Shown: piece by piece, positions 1-10,260 of the stretch
How positions within the stretch are numbered: position 1 is the stretch's first letter
How the letters are laid out: each line of letters opens with the position of its first letter
From: an uncultured Gemmatimonadales bacterium
GTDB taxonomy: Bacteria > Gemmatimonadota > Gemmatimonadetes > Gemmatimonadales > Gemmatimonadaceae
Length of the DNA stretch: 64,000 bases
Direction: 5' to 3'
Assembly: GCA_963793305.1 (NCBI GenBank)
Contig: CAWBZV010000005.1
Coordinates: forward strand, 736,001-800,000
Position numbers and translations under genes: made by a program
Notes under the pieces: model-generated
The model's database searches: none
Seen by the model: only the letters and a program-made list of their open reading frames with translations
Told to the model about the DNA's origin: nothing

Positions 1-2221
1 GACCGTGAACGCGAACGCATCGCTCGTCCCGGTTGGACGCGTCGATGTCTCTCCGACATCGGCGACCGTCGCTGTCGGCGCCACCACGCAGTTGATCGAC
101 ACGGTGTTCTCGCCGACCAACGTCGTCCTCACGACCGTCTCGACATCGTGGAGTAGCCTGAACACGGCTGTCGCGACGGTCGATACGACCGGACTCGTCA
201 CGGGCGTTGGCGCGGGAACCACGACCGTGACGGCGAACGCCGGCGGCCAATCCGCGTCGGCGACGATCACGGTCACGCCGGTCTCGACTGGGGCTGGCAC
301 GATCGTGATCAACGCCCCCGTAGGCGTCACGTTCTCGGCGCCAGCCGGAGGGGCTCTCCCGGTCCGAGCGCCGATCGAAGTCACGTCGTCGGACACCGTG
401 GTGCTCACGGGACTGACGGCGTCCATCGCCTACACGGCGGGGCAGCCCACCGGCTGGCTGGTCGCGAACATGAGCGACAGCGTCTCGTATTTCTTCGGAC
501 AACGCGTCGGCGCAAACCGACGGGTCAGCGCGAAGCAGATTCGCCGGCAAACGAGCGGGTCGGGCATTGTGACGCCGGCCGTGCTCGACATGGTGCCCAA
601 TACGACGAACTTGGCGGCCGGGTCCTACACGGCGGTCGTTACGGTGTCGGGCACGAACGCAACGTCGGGGAGCGTGACGGTCACGTACACCATTGGAGCA
701 GCCGCACCGGTCTTGGCGTTCACACCGAACCCGGTGACGTTCAACCAGTACGCGTACGGCAGCACCCTCGCGCCTCTACAGACGGTCACCGCCTCCAACA
801 CGGGTAGTGGCACGCTCGGTCCGCTCTCGGCCATCGGCACCATCACTTATACCGGCGCGGACACTGGCTGGATCACCGTCACCGCCGCGAGCGCGACGAC
901 GGCGACCGGACAGCCGAAGACGACCGCCTTGCACCTGGGGAGCGACACGGCGAGCATCCCGATCTCGGCGACCGGCGCGACGAACAACCCAGTGACGCTC
1001 ACGGCCATCGTGAGCACGTACGTGACCTACACGAAGGTCGTGCTCGGCGCGGACTTCGGCTGCGGCCTCACGACAGCCGCGACCGTCTACTGTTGGGGCG
1101 GCTCGGCACTGGGCGAGCTCGGTGACGGTGGCGGGGACCTCAGCGTGCTAGTACCGGTACGCGCGCTGATTCCGTACTCGTCGACCAACCCGGTCATCGA
1201 CATCGAGGCCGGATCGTACCACGCATGCGCGCTGCTGCAGAACGGCCAGGCGTATTGCTGGGGCGAGAACAACAAAGGCCAAGTTGGCGTCGGTAGTGGA
1301 TCGGGTATCGTCGCCACGCCGACGCTGGTGCCAGGCCAGACGTTCGGCCAGATCACGCTCGGGGCCGAGCACACGTGCGGCATCATGGGTACGCCGCCGC
1401 TCGCGGGCGCGAACTACGTCTATTGCTGGGGCGACAACACCGACGGCGAGTTCGGCAACAACCTCCCGACCTCGGCTGTGCAGTCCACGCCTCTCAACAC
1501 GGGTCTGATCTATTACGCGATCAGCGCCGGCAACCTGTACACGTGCGGCATCAACAACAAGGCCGTGGGGGGATTGTACTGCTGGGGCAATAACCAGTTC
1601 GCTCAGCTTGGGAACGGGTACTCCGGCACCTTCTATTCGACTCCTCAGCAATCGAACGTTCTCAATCCGAGCACGGGCGGACTGGCGGTCGTGACGAGTG
1701 TCTCCGCTGGCAACACGACCACGTGCGCCATCGACAACGCCGGCCATGCCTCGTGCTGGGGCGACAACACGTACGGCCAGACCGGCAACGGCGTCACGGG
1801 GACGACGGTCCTGAATCCGACGCTCATCCCGGGCGGCTACTCGTGGACCTCGATCAGCGTGGGGTCCAATTCGGTCTGCGGCATCGCCTCGACCGCCGAC
1901 TACTGCTGGGGCTTCAACGGCTCCGGCCAGCTCGGGAACGGCACGTCCGGCACCGCGGGCACGTCGTCGCCGGCGGCCGTTATCGGGTCAGGCGCGCTGT
2001 TCACCCAGTTCACGGTAGGCGAGGGCTCGCAGTCCGCTTGCTATATCACGGGCGGCATCGTGTCCTGCTTCGGTTCCGATACCAACGGCCAACTGGGGAT
2101 CGGTCCGCCAGTCTTCAGCGCGATGCCGAATCCGACTGCGATGTTCGCCCAGCCAGCCCCGTCTGGCGTCGGTCCATTGCGCGTGGTGCCGCACCGGCCC
2201 GTTGTGACGCGCCGCCAGTAG
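1..2221 (+). CDS. Ig-like (Big_2) + BACON-like + RCC1/BLIP-II repeat surface protein, probably 5'-truncated by the window
   Basis: Big_2 motif (SWSSLNTAVATVDTTGLVTGVGAGTTTVTA), BACON-like GWL...AGSYTAVVTV segments, about 7 RCC1 repeats (HACALLQNGQAYCWGENNKGQVG). No signal peptide inside the window. Confidence 0.85.
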   Translation, partial: TVNANASLVPVGRVDVSPTSATVAVGATTQLIDTVFSPTNVVLTTVSTSWSSLNTAVATVDTTGLVTGVGAGTTTVTANAGGQSASATITVTPVSTGAGTIVINAPVGVTFSAPAGGALPVRAPIEVTSSDTVVLTGLTASIAYTAGQPTGWLVANMSDSVSYFFGQRVGANRRVSAKQIRRQTSGSGIVTPAVLDMVPNTTNLAAGSYTAVVTVSGTNATSGSVTVTYTIGAAAPVLAFTPNPVTFNQYAYGSTLAPLQTVTASNTGSGTLGPLSAIGTITYTGADTGWITVTAASATTATGQPKTTALHLGSDTASIPISATGATNNPVTLTAIVSTYVTYTKVVLGADFGCGLTTAATVYCWGGSALGELGDGGGDLSVLVPVRALIPYSSTNPVIDIEAGSYHACALLQNGQAYCWGENNKGQVGVGSGSGIVATPTLVPGQTFGQITLGAEHTCGIMGTPPLAGANYVYCWGDNTDGEFGNNLPTSAVQSTPLNTGLIYYAISAGNLYTCGINNKAVGGLYCWGNNQFAQLGNGYSGTFYSTPQQSNVLNPSTGGLAVVTSVSAGNTTTCAIDNAGHASCWGDNTYGQTGNGVTGTTVLNPTLIPGGYSWTSISVGSNSVCGIASTADYCWGFNGSGQLGNGTSGTAGTSSPAAVIGSGALFTQFTVGEGSQSACYITGGIVSCFGSDTNGQLGIGPPVFSAMPNPTAMFAQPAPSGVGPLRVVPHRPVVTRRQ

Positions 2222-2231
2222 CCAGCGACTC

Positions 2232-4790
2232 GTGCACCGGCGGCGCGCCCTCGCGGCGCTCATCGTCGCGGCGACGGCCTTTGGCTGCCTCAAAGGCCCG
2301 TCGCCCACCAGCATCGGCGCGAACGACGTCCGGTTCGACCTGAGCGCCCAGGTCACCGGCGGCTCGTCGCTCGCCATCACGGTGGCGTATCTCGATCAAG
2401 GCAATACCGCCGTCCAGCTGCTCCAACACACCGTCCCGGTCAGCGGGGCGACGCAGAGCCTCCCGCTGACGATCGATCTCACGCAGTGTCTGGCCGATCC
2501 CATTCATCTCTCGGTGGGATCGACGTGTGAGCTGCTCGTGACGATCGCGCTGAGCCAAGGCGGCACGGTGGTGGACAGTACGACGGTCGGTCCGGTCGTC
2601 GTGACGCCCGGCCAGGTCGTGCACGCGACGACGTCGGTGGCGTCGGTCGGACGGATCGATGTCTATCCGACGAGCCTGTCGTTGACCCCCGGCGCGATCG
2701 GCATCCTGCGCGATACCGTGTTCGGCGTGAACGGCGCCCCGATCCCCAACGCGTCGGTCACCTGGACGAGCGCCGACACCACGATCGCGCGCGTGAACGA
2801 CTCGGGTGCCGTGACCGGCGTCGCCGCGGGCATCGACACACGTGACCGCGTCATCTGGCGGCGATGGCACCTTGGTGCCGGTCGTCGTGTCGTCGCCGAC
2901 CAGCACAGGGCTCGTGCGTCGGGCAACACCGTGTCAGTTCTCGGCGCCCGTCGGAGGGACGATCCCCACGAATGCCACCCTCACGGTGACCTCGGCGGAC
3001 ACAACGACGGTCATCGGGTCTGACCGCGACGATCACCTATAGCTCGGGCGCATCGACCGGTTGGCTGCTCGCGTACGTCAGCGATAGTGGATTCGGATCG
3101 CGTGTCGTCAAAGGTCCGCTGACCCACGGTCCACGCGAAAGCGACGTCGAACGTGACCACGCCCGCGACGCTCGACATGGTACCCAACACGACGAACCTC
3201 GCCGCCGGCACGTACACGGCAACGGTGACGGTCACGGGGACGAACGCCACGCCGGTAATCTGCCGGTCACCTACACGATCAGCGCCGTGGCCGCCAACCC
3301 GCTGGTCCTCTCGCCGGACACCATCACGTTCGAGGAGTACGGCGGCGGCACGATCCTGCCGAGCGCGACGACGATCACCGGCTCGCAGACCGGACTCACG
3401 GTCACCGGCTACTCGTGGTACGGTCTCGCCGTGGGCTGGCTCAACGCGACCGATCACCGGTGGTACGACGTTCACCGTCAACCCGTCGACCACGAACGTG
3501 CCGCTCGGCCTCCTGCAAGGCTTCGTGCACGTGCAGGACGGGAACGGCGACACCGCCTCGCTGTTCGTCAACCTCGACGTGTCGGCGACGTTCACGAAGC
3601 TCGTCACGGGCGGCAGCTTCTCGTGCGGACTCACGACCGGGAGCACGGCCTACTGTTGGGGACAGAACAGCATTGGTCAGCTCGGGCTGGGCAGCGGCGG
3701 CGGTCCGTACGCGCAGCCGATGCCCGTCGCGATCCCGGGCGCTGGACTGAATGGCACGCCGGTCATCGACATCACCGCGGGCTACGAGTATGCGTGCGCC
3801 CTCATGTCGACGCAGGCGGTCTATTGCTGGGGGTACAACGCCAATGGCGAGACGGGGACCGGCAGTGTGAACGACACGCTCTCTTCGCCGGTCGCGATCT
3901 CCGGGCTGCAAGCGTCGCAGGTCAGCGCGGGCGGTTTCCACACCTGCGCAATCGGTTATCCGACGGTGACGCCCTATGGGGCTGCGCTGTCGTGCTGGGG
4001 GACCAACGCCGAGGGCCAGCTCGGGACCGGCTCCGTCGGCGCCTCGCAGGACACGCCCGTCAACACTGGGCAGACCTTCGTCTCCGTGAGCTCGGGTATC
4101 GTGCACTCGTGCGCGATTCTCGACTCGAATGCGCCGGTAGCCTACTGCTGGGGCAGCAACGGGTACGGGCAGATCGGCATCGACTCGACGGGCACCACAT
4201 ATCCAGCGCCTCACGCCGTCGGTTCGTACGCGTCGGTGGTGGCCGGGGGCTTCCACACGTGCGCGTTGACGACAGCCGGCGCGGCGTACTGCTGGGGCGA
4301 TAACGCCCACGGCCAGCTCGGCACCGGATCGCTCAATGGGAACCAACCCGCGCCCGTGGCGGTACAGGGCGGCCCGGCGCTGGCATCGATCGTCGCCGGC
4401 TACCAGCACACGTGCGGCCTGACGAGCGGCGGCGTCGCCTACTGTTGGGGATACGACTCCGCTGGCGCGCTCGGCAACGGGTCGAGCACCGGATCGGTGC
4501 TGGCGCCCGCGGCGGTCTCGGGTGGCCTCACGTTCGCCTCGCTGGCGGCGTCAATGGGCGGATACCACACGTGCGGCGTGACCACAGGTGGCGTTGCCTA
4601 TTGCTGGGGCAACAATGCCTTCGGGCAGCTCGGGGTTGCTAGTACGCAAAACTGGCCCACGCCGATGCAGGTCGTCGGCCAGCCGGCCGCGGCCGGCCTT
4701 ACACCGGGTGGCGGCGCGCGTGTCGTGAAGCGGCCGCCGGCGGTGAAGTCAAAGGTAAAGGCTACGGCGCCACGACCGGCACGCACGTGA
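2232..4790 (+). CDS. Lipoprotein with Ig/BACON domains and C-terminal RCC1 beta-propeller; paralogue of the upstream gene, frame-broken between about 2840 and 3451
   Basis: Lipobox MHRRRALAALIVAATAFG-C, Big_2 motif, RCC1 repeats in ORF 3153..4790. Pieces of ORFs 2232, 2842, 3153 and 3287 join into one protein collinear with gene 1. Confidence 0.75.
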
Positions 4791-7700
4791 AGCCCGAGAA
4801 GTAGCCGGGCTTCATGATCGCCGGTGCATCCCCGGCGGATAACTCGAAGGTGAACTTGATCGGGGTGCCGTTCGGCAACTGCGCGACGGTGCCCGGTCCC
4901 GAGTGCAACGCCCAGTCGAAGTTCGGCGACGTGCCGACCGCACGCCACGCGTCCGCCTGCTGCATCAGCTGGAACCCGGCCCAGGGTCCCGACGCCTCGG
5001 CCAGCGTCAACTCCTGATTGTTCACGAGGGCTGTCACCCGTCCGACGCGTTCCGCGCCTGGCTTCAACACGAACGGCGACGGGCCTGGGTTCCGCTTCGT
5101 GAATCGGACCGTGGCGTCATCGATGATCACGCTGACCGCCGGCAACGCATCAGGTATCGCGACCGGTCGCAGGGTCATGTCGAGCTCCGGCGTCGTGCTG
5201 CCGGGCTTGAACAAGGCCGCCGACACCGCTGCTGCCCTATTGAAGAACGAGACGAACGCGGGCGAGATCTGGACGGCCGACGTTGGCGCCTGCGCATAGT
5301 CGGCGCCCTGCTTGATCAGGAGCGACTGCAGCGAGCCGTCATACATCTTCCACAGGGCGCCGGTCTGGGGCGCAAAAATCGCCGCCACGTCCGCGGCCGA
5401 TGCCTGACTGGTTCCCGCGGGATTGAACGGGAATTTCGCCAGCACAGGCTTGGCCACCGAGCAGAACGTCGCGCCCGCCCCGTTGGCGGGGCCTTTGCCG
5501 ACCACGCGCAGCAACGAATTCGCGTAATCGATCGGCGACTGCAAGAGTCGCTGCACGGTTCCCGCCACGGCCGCATCGCCGCCGACCCGGAATCCCTGCG
5601 CGATCTGCGTCGCCGCCAGGCTCGCCGGGCCGATGCTCTGGCGCGCCTGATCGACGGCGGGTCCGTTCTGCCCAGGCGGCGCCGTGGCCGCCGTCTGCAC
5701 GTTGTTCTGCAGCGCGAGCAAGGCATTGATATACGGCGCGTTCTTGTCGCCGACCAACTTGTCCGCTGTACCCGGTGGGGTCACGGTCGCCGCCGGCTGA
5801 AATATTCCGGCGATCCCCGTATCGATCGTCGTGTTCTGCGCCGTGACCTGCAACAGCTGCAGCAGCGGTGACTGATTGCCGCCGAGGAGCAAGAGCTTCT
5901 TGGACGCGTCACTCAACCCATCGAAGTGCAGGACTGACGCAGTAGAGAGAAAAATTCGCCACTGCTTGACGTAGTCGGCGGCGTACCGCGCCTTGAGGTC
6001 AGCGCGCAATTTCGCCCGATCCACGCGGGCCGCCGTATCGTTGCCGAGCACCCACGCGTCGCCGGCGAGCAGCTTGTCGACGTTGTTGATCGAGTTCTGC
6101 ATCGACGCCCAGCCAGCCGCCGTATACGCGCCGGGCACCGCGTAATTATCAACCACCGCGCCCGCGGATCCGGGAAATTGCTTATTGAATTGCACGCCCG
6201 GGATGACCCGCGAAGCCTCAATGACACGGAATTGATATATCTGATCGGCGACCGCGAACTGCGACAGGAATGTCCTGCTATGCGACACGACCTGCAGATC
6301 CCCGCCGCCCGCATATGGATTCCCGAGCGCCAACTCGGTGGCGTAGCGATCAAACTGTCGCTTCGCCAGCTGCAGCCGGGTCGTATCCACCGTGCGCCCG
6401 GAAAGCCAAGTGGCCATGAGCACCGGCGTCAAAAACTCGGGCGTGCTCCGTTTCCACTCACTCGTCGTCATCAAATACGCTTCGAGATCGTTATAGATCG
6501 TCGCGTAATCGTCAGTCGGACGTGGCGCAGCGGGAAGATTTCTCAAGAACGCCGCAAGATTCGTCCTGGTCCCATCGAACATAATTTTGGAAAACCCGTC
6601 GAAATACGCGGCCCTGACAGCGGGATAGAGCGATCCGCCGGTGTACAATCCCCACTTGAGATGCAACGGCGCGCCGTTGTGCTCGTAATCACTCAGCTCC
6701 GTGAGATACTCGCCGAGCGTGTCCAGTCGCGACAACGCGTCGATGTTCGCGAGATCGGACCCCACGGCGGGCAGGACAGCCACGGCCTTCGCGGCATCAG
6801 CGGCCCCGTTCTCCAGCGACTTGTTCCCCAAGAACGACACCGTCCACGCGATGGCAAACACAATGCACGCCGCGGTCGCCAGCGCCAGCGCCGTACGCCG
6901 GAGTGCATCGATGCGCGCCCCGGCCCGGGTCGCCGCCATGGCGGCGTCGTCCGCGAGGACGATATCGCGCAGGACGCGGTCGAGGAACACCCATCGCGGC
7001 ACCCGCCGCGCGCCGCGCGCCGCTGCCGCGGGGGCGGCGGCCGCCGCCGCGGCTTGCCGCGCAAACACATTCGTCGCATTCGCCGCCAGCGCCGGCTGCA
7101 ATGCCGCCTGCTGCGGGATCGCTGCGGGCGCGACGTCCTGGATCACGACGGCTTGGACGCCCGTGAAATAGAATCCGCGCAAGAACGGATTGACCTGGAG
7201 CGCGCTCGGCTTGCACAACTCCAGCAGGAACTCGACGATCGGCGGCCCGAGCTTCCGGAACTCGCGCGGAAATTCGTAGGCTCCCGGCTTGTACTCGTTC
7301 CCATGCTCCCGCGGGAGCAACTCCACGCGCCGCGCCGCGAGCGACTGGAACAGCGTCTGGAACTCGTTCGTGAGGCGCGGGCTCATGCGATCGGCGTACG
7401 ACCCGGCCACGCCGCTATCCGCGGGCAGGGTGACACCAAGCGGCTCGCGCACTTCGTCGGCGGAGAAATTGCGAACGTAGTCGGCGAAATACGGGAGTCG
7501 ATCGGCCTTCGTAAAAATCACGTAGACCGGCAGTTTGACACCCAGCTTCTTGGCGAGCGCCGCGAGTCTCTCACTCAGCGGCCTCGCCATCGCTGCCGGT
7601 GCGGCTCCTGGCTTGATGATCTCCTCGCAGGACATACAGACGAGCGCCGCGCGCGGTGCCTGCGCCCGGCCCGTGAATGCGGCCCCGAACGTCCGCGGCG

Positions 7701-8223
7701 TCGCGTGGTCCGTGACCTTCGCCCACGAAGCAGGATCGGCGACGGCCGCGCCACCGGCGTCGAAGAACACCGTGCCCGCTCCGTACCACAAGTTGGCCGA
7801 TACTGTCGGGATGACCGCATCCCCGCGATAGACGGCTCCGGCGAGCAATTCGGGTTCGAGGCCTGAGCGAACAACAGTCGTCGTCTTCGCCGAACCGGTT
7901 GGTCCGAGCACCACGACCATTGGCAGCTTGTTCATGTCGGCGCGCTTCGCCATGGGCGATGCCGCGAGATGCGCTCGCGCCGCCGCGACGACTCCGTCGA
8001 GGTCCTCGGCAGATCCCGCGGCGCCTGGCGCGGCGCTGGTCTTCGGGAGTAGGAACCAGAGCAGCAAGCCTGCCGCGGCGATGCCGAGCAGCGAGAGACC
8101 GCCGCCAAGCATGGCGAGATCGGCGCCTTTCAGTTTGAGCAGTATGCCGAGGCCCCAAGCGAACACCAGATAGATGAGGAGCCCGACGATCGTGCCGATC
8201 CACAGGGTTCGCGGCTTGATCAC
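4762..8223 (-). CDS. tssM: T6SS membrane complex subunit TssM (IcmF)
   Basis: 1153 aa, N-terminal TM helices, P-loop-like GPTGSAKTT, LPVYVIFTKADRL, FLRGFYFTG, third TM, C-terminal GPWAGFQL. Confidence 0.93.
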   Translation of the reverse strand: MIKPRTLWIGTIVGLLIYLVFAWGLGILLKLKGADLAMLGGGLSLLGIAAAGLLLWFLLPKTSAAPGAAGSAEDLDGVVAAARAHLAASPMAKRADMNKLPMVVVLGPTGSAKTTTVVRSGLEPELLAGAVYRGDAVIPTVSANLWYGAGTVFFDAGGAAVADPASWAKVTDHATPRTFGAAFTGRAQAPRAALVCMSCEEIIKPGAAPAAMARPLSERLAALAKKLGVKLPVYVIFTKADRLPYFADYVRNFSADEVREPLGVTLPADSGVAGSYADRMSPRLTNEFQTLFQSLAARRVELLPREHGNEYKPGAYEFPREFRKLGPPIVEFLLELCKPSALQVNPFLRGFYFTGVQAVVIQDVAPAAIPQQAALQPALAANATNVFARQAAAAAAAPAAAARGARRVPRWVFLDRVLRDIVLADDAAMAATRAGARIDALRRTALALATAACIVFAIAWTVSFLGNKSLENGAADAAKAVAVLPAVGSDLANIDALSRLDTLGEYLTELSDYEHNGAPLHLKWGLYTGGSLYPAVRAAYFDGFSKIMFDGTRTNLAAFLRNLPAAPRPTDDYATIYNDLEAYLMTTSEWKRSTPEFLTPVLMATWLSGRTVDTTRLQLAKRQFDRYATELALGNPYAGGGDLQVVSHSRTFLSQFAVADQIYQFRVIEASRVIPGVQFNKQFPGSAGAVVDNYAVPGAYTAAGWASMQNSINNVDKLLAGDAWVLGNDTAARVDRAKLRADLKARYAADYVKQWRIFLSTASVLHFDGLSDASKKLLLLGGNQSPLLQLLQVTAQNTTIDTGIAGIFQPAATVTPPGTADKLVGDKNAPYINALLALQNNVQTAATAPPGQNGPAVDQARQSIGPASLAATQIAQGFRVGGDAAVAGTVQRLLQSPIDYANSLLRVVGKGPANGAGATFCSVAKPVLAKFPFNPAGTSQASAADVAAIFAPQTGALWKMYDGSLQSLLIKQGADYAQAPTSAVQISPAFVSFFNRAAAVSAALFKPGSTTPELDMTLRPVAIPDALPAVSVIIDDATVRFTKRNPGPSPFVLKPGAERVGRVTALVNNQELTLAEASGPWAGFQLMQQADAWRAVGTSPNFDWALHSGPGTVAQLPNGTPIKFTFELSAGDAPAIMKPGYFSGFTCVPVVAP

Positions 8224-8894
8224 CCTTTGAGTCCACCAGCTTTGAGGACCACCACGTACACCACGAAGAGCGCCACGGCGATCACCGCGGCAATGGCGGC
8301 GGTGAAGCTGAGGCGCCTGACCCAGGGATCAGTGGCTCGCGCCGGAATCACGTCCTTCGGCGGTCGCCACGATGGCGACAGCTCGACGGAACCTTCCCGC
8401 CCGACCAAGCCCCGCGCGCGCCGGATCTTCGAGCCGACCTGGGCGATCAGCGATTGCATGTCGCTGCTCTCGGTCGCGCTGTAGCGCCCATGAAATCCGA
8501 GCAGCATGCACAGCTGATAGATCTCCAGCAGATCGGCGAGCTGTTCGGAATCCTGCCGCACGAGGAGCTGGCGCACCTGCTGAAAGAACGCCTCGCCGCC
8601 CACATTGCCGCCGAACAGCTCGTCCTGGAGCGGTCGTCGCGGCCACTCGGCGAACATCGGGTTGGCCGAGTTCAGGACGGACTCATCGAGAAATGCGACG
8701 ACGGCGAACAGCGCCAATCGGACGTCGTCGCCGGCGTACCCGGCATCGAGCGCCTCGCGTTCGGCGATGCCCAGCAGATGCCGGATGTGCTCGCGGAATG
8801 AGGCGGCGTCGGCGGCGACTTGGCGCTGGGCTCTGAGTCGCACGGTCGCCGTCATGACTTCCTGCAACGTGAGCGCGAGTCGTCCGTGCCTCAT
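8220..8894 (-). CDS. tssL: T6SS TssL (DotU family), no OmpA extension
   Basis: ATG at 8894 overlaps the tssK stop (ATGA). Motifs FAVVAFLDESVL, WPRRPLQ, GGEAFF, YQLCMLLGFHGRY, and a C-terminal TM. Confidence 0.92.
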   Translation of the reverse strand: MRHGRLALTLQEVMTATVRLRAQRQVAADAASFREHIRHLLGIAEREALDAGYAGDDVRLALFAVVAFLDESVLNSANPMFAEWPRRPLQDELFGGNVGGEAFFQQVRQLLVRQDSEQLADLLEIYQLCMLLGFHGRYSATESSDMQSLIAQVGSKIRRARGLVGREGSVELSPSWRPPKDVIPARATDPWVRRLSFTAAIAAVIAVALFVVYVVVLKAGGLKG

Positions 8895-10237
8895 GCCGAC
8901 CCCAGGAGAATCGACAACTCGACGGACGCGTTCGGCAGCGCGTCGGGCACGTACACGCCGATCTCGTTCGTCTGGCGCAACGTATCCCAGCACGGTCCCG
9001 ATCGCGTCACGGAGAAGTATTGCGTCTCGGCGCGCGGCACGATCGGCGAGGGCGGCACCGGCAGGTGCGTGAGCGTGAGTCCGGGAAACTGTCGCTTGAC
9101 CAATTCGAGCGTGAATTTCGCCGAGCACACTTTCACGAGCCGCGGGACCCGCGAGATGGTGTCGGCCGCGCCAGCGCTCGACCGGACGCCCAGGACCCAC
9201 GAGGCATCCTCGAACGCTCGTCGATCGGCAATCGATCCCGTATGCAGCGAGGGCGAGGTGATCGCCAGCGGCACCGTGACCAACGACGTCGGGACGATGA
9301 GCTCCAGATGCGCGCGGATATGATCGTGGAGTCGCCCCAGGCACCCGGCCAGATCCTCGTGGTCGTAGAGCGGCAGATCGCGCGGATGGGACTCGAGCGA
9401 GAAGGTGCAGAGCGCGCCCGCCAACCGCGCGAGCTCCGCGTACAGTTGCTCCGGGTGGATGCGTCGGGCGGCCGCCTGATGCCGAAGCACGGCGACGGCC
9501 GACTGAATCGCATGCAGCAGCCAGAAATTCGCCACCTCGCGCGAGGCGAACTCGGAGGGCGCCGCCGACCCGCGATTCGAGGCGATCGCGTCGCCCCGGG
9601 AGTCCAGGACGTCGACAATGCGCTGCACGAGTGCGGTCAGCGTCTCGTTCGCGCCGATCTGGAGCGACGGTGGGATGTAGTCCGAGTCGTACTGGAATCC
9701 CCCCTTGCCGTCGCGACGCACGACCGCCAGCGACAATGCGACGACGCCCTCGGTCGCCTCGCTATCGAGGATCAATCGGAAATTCCGACCGGCGAGGGTC
9801 ACCGATCGTTCATCAGTTCCCGTGAGATCGTCGCGCTGCACACGAGTGATCGCCCGGAACCGGGCGCCATCGCCATTGGCCGCCAGGTTCGCGCCGGTTG
9901 CCCGGTAGGGGGGGAGCGCCAGGAGCAGCTTGTGGCTGTCCGTGGCGGGCGAGAACGCGTCCCGAATGTCCCGAGGGGCCGGGAGCGGGTCGCCATCGGG
10001 CATCTGAAATGGCGTGCCATCGGCCATGAGGCCGCGCGCGAACAGCAGCGCCGCGGTTCCATTCCGGAGCGCATCCGTGTCCAGTTCGCAGCCTGCAAGG
10101 CCGTACGGCGTGAAAAACGAATGCGACAACGCCGTGGCAATGCAGTCCTCCACGTAGCGGCTTTGCGATTGGAAGTGGTGCTGGGCTAAATGCATGCCCT
10201 CACGCCACAGGATCTTCGCCGCGATTGCGCCGTCCAT
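8891..10237 (-). CDS. tssK: T6SS baseplate TssK, copy 1
   Basis: KILWREGMHLAQHHFQ, DYIPPSL, NFWLL, HPEQLY, PLYDHEDL motifs. Confidence 0.92.
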   Translation of the reverse strand: MDGAIAAKILWREGMHLAQHHFQSQSRYVEDCIATALSHSFFTPYGLAGCELDTDALRNGTAALLFARGLMADGTPFQMPDGDPLPAPRDIRDAFSPATDSHKLLLALPPYRATGANLAANGDGARFRAITRVQRDDLTGTDERSVTLAGRNFRLILDSEATEGVVALSLAVVRRDGKGGFQYDSDYIPPSLQIGANETLTALVQRIVDVLDSRGDAIASNRGSAAPSEFASREVANFWLLHAIQSAVAVLRHQAAARRIHPEQLYAELARLAGALCTFSLESHPRDLPLYDHEDLAGCLGRLHDHIRAHLELIVPTSLVTVPLAITSPSLHTGSIADRRAFEDASWVLGVRSSAGAADTISRVPRLVKVCSAKFTLELVKRQFPGLTLTHLPVPPSPIVPRAETQYFSVTRSGPCWDTLRQTNEIGVYVPDALPNASVELSILLGSA

Positions 10238-10260
10238 CGGCTGCCGGTTATCGTGTCGAG

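Noticed and set aside
6178..7866. Long antisense or alternative-frame ORFs (e.g. 6178..7866, 17065..18339, 34616..36211, 48960..50390)
   Set aside because: They are Arg/Ala-rich shadows of well-supported genes, expected in high-GC DNA, with no motifs.
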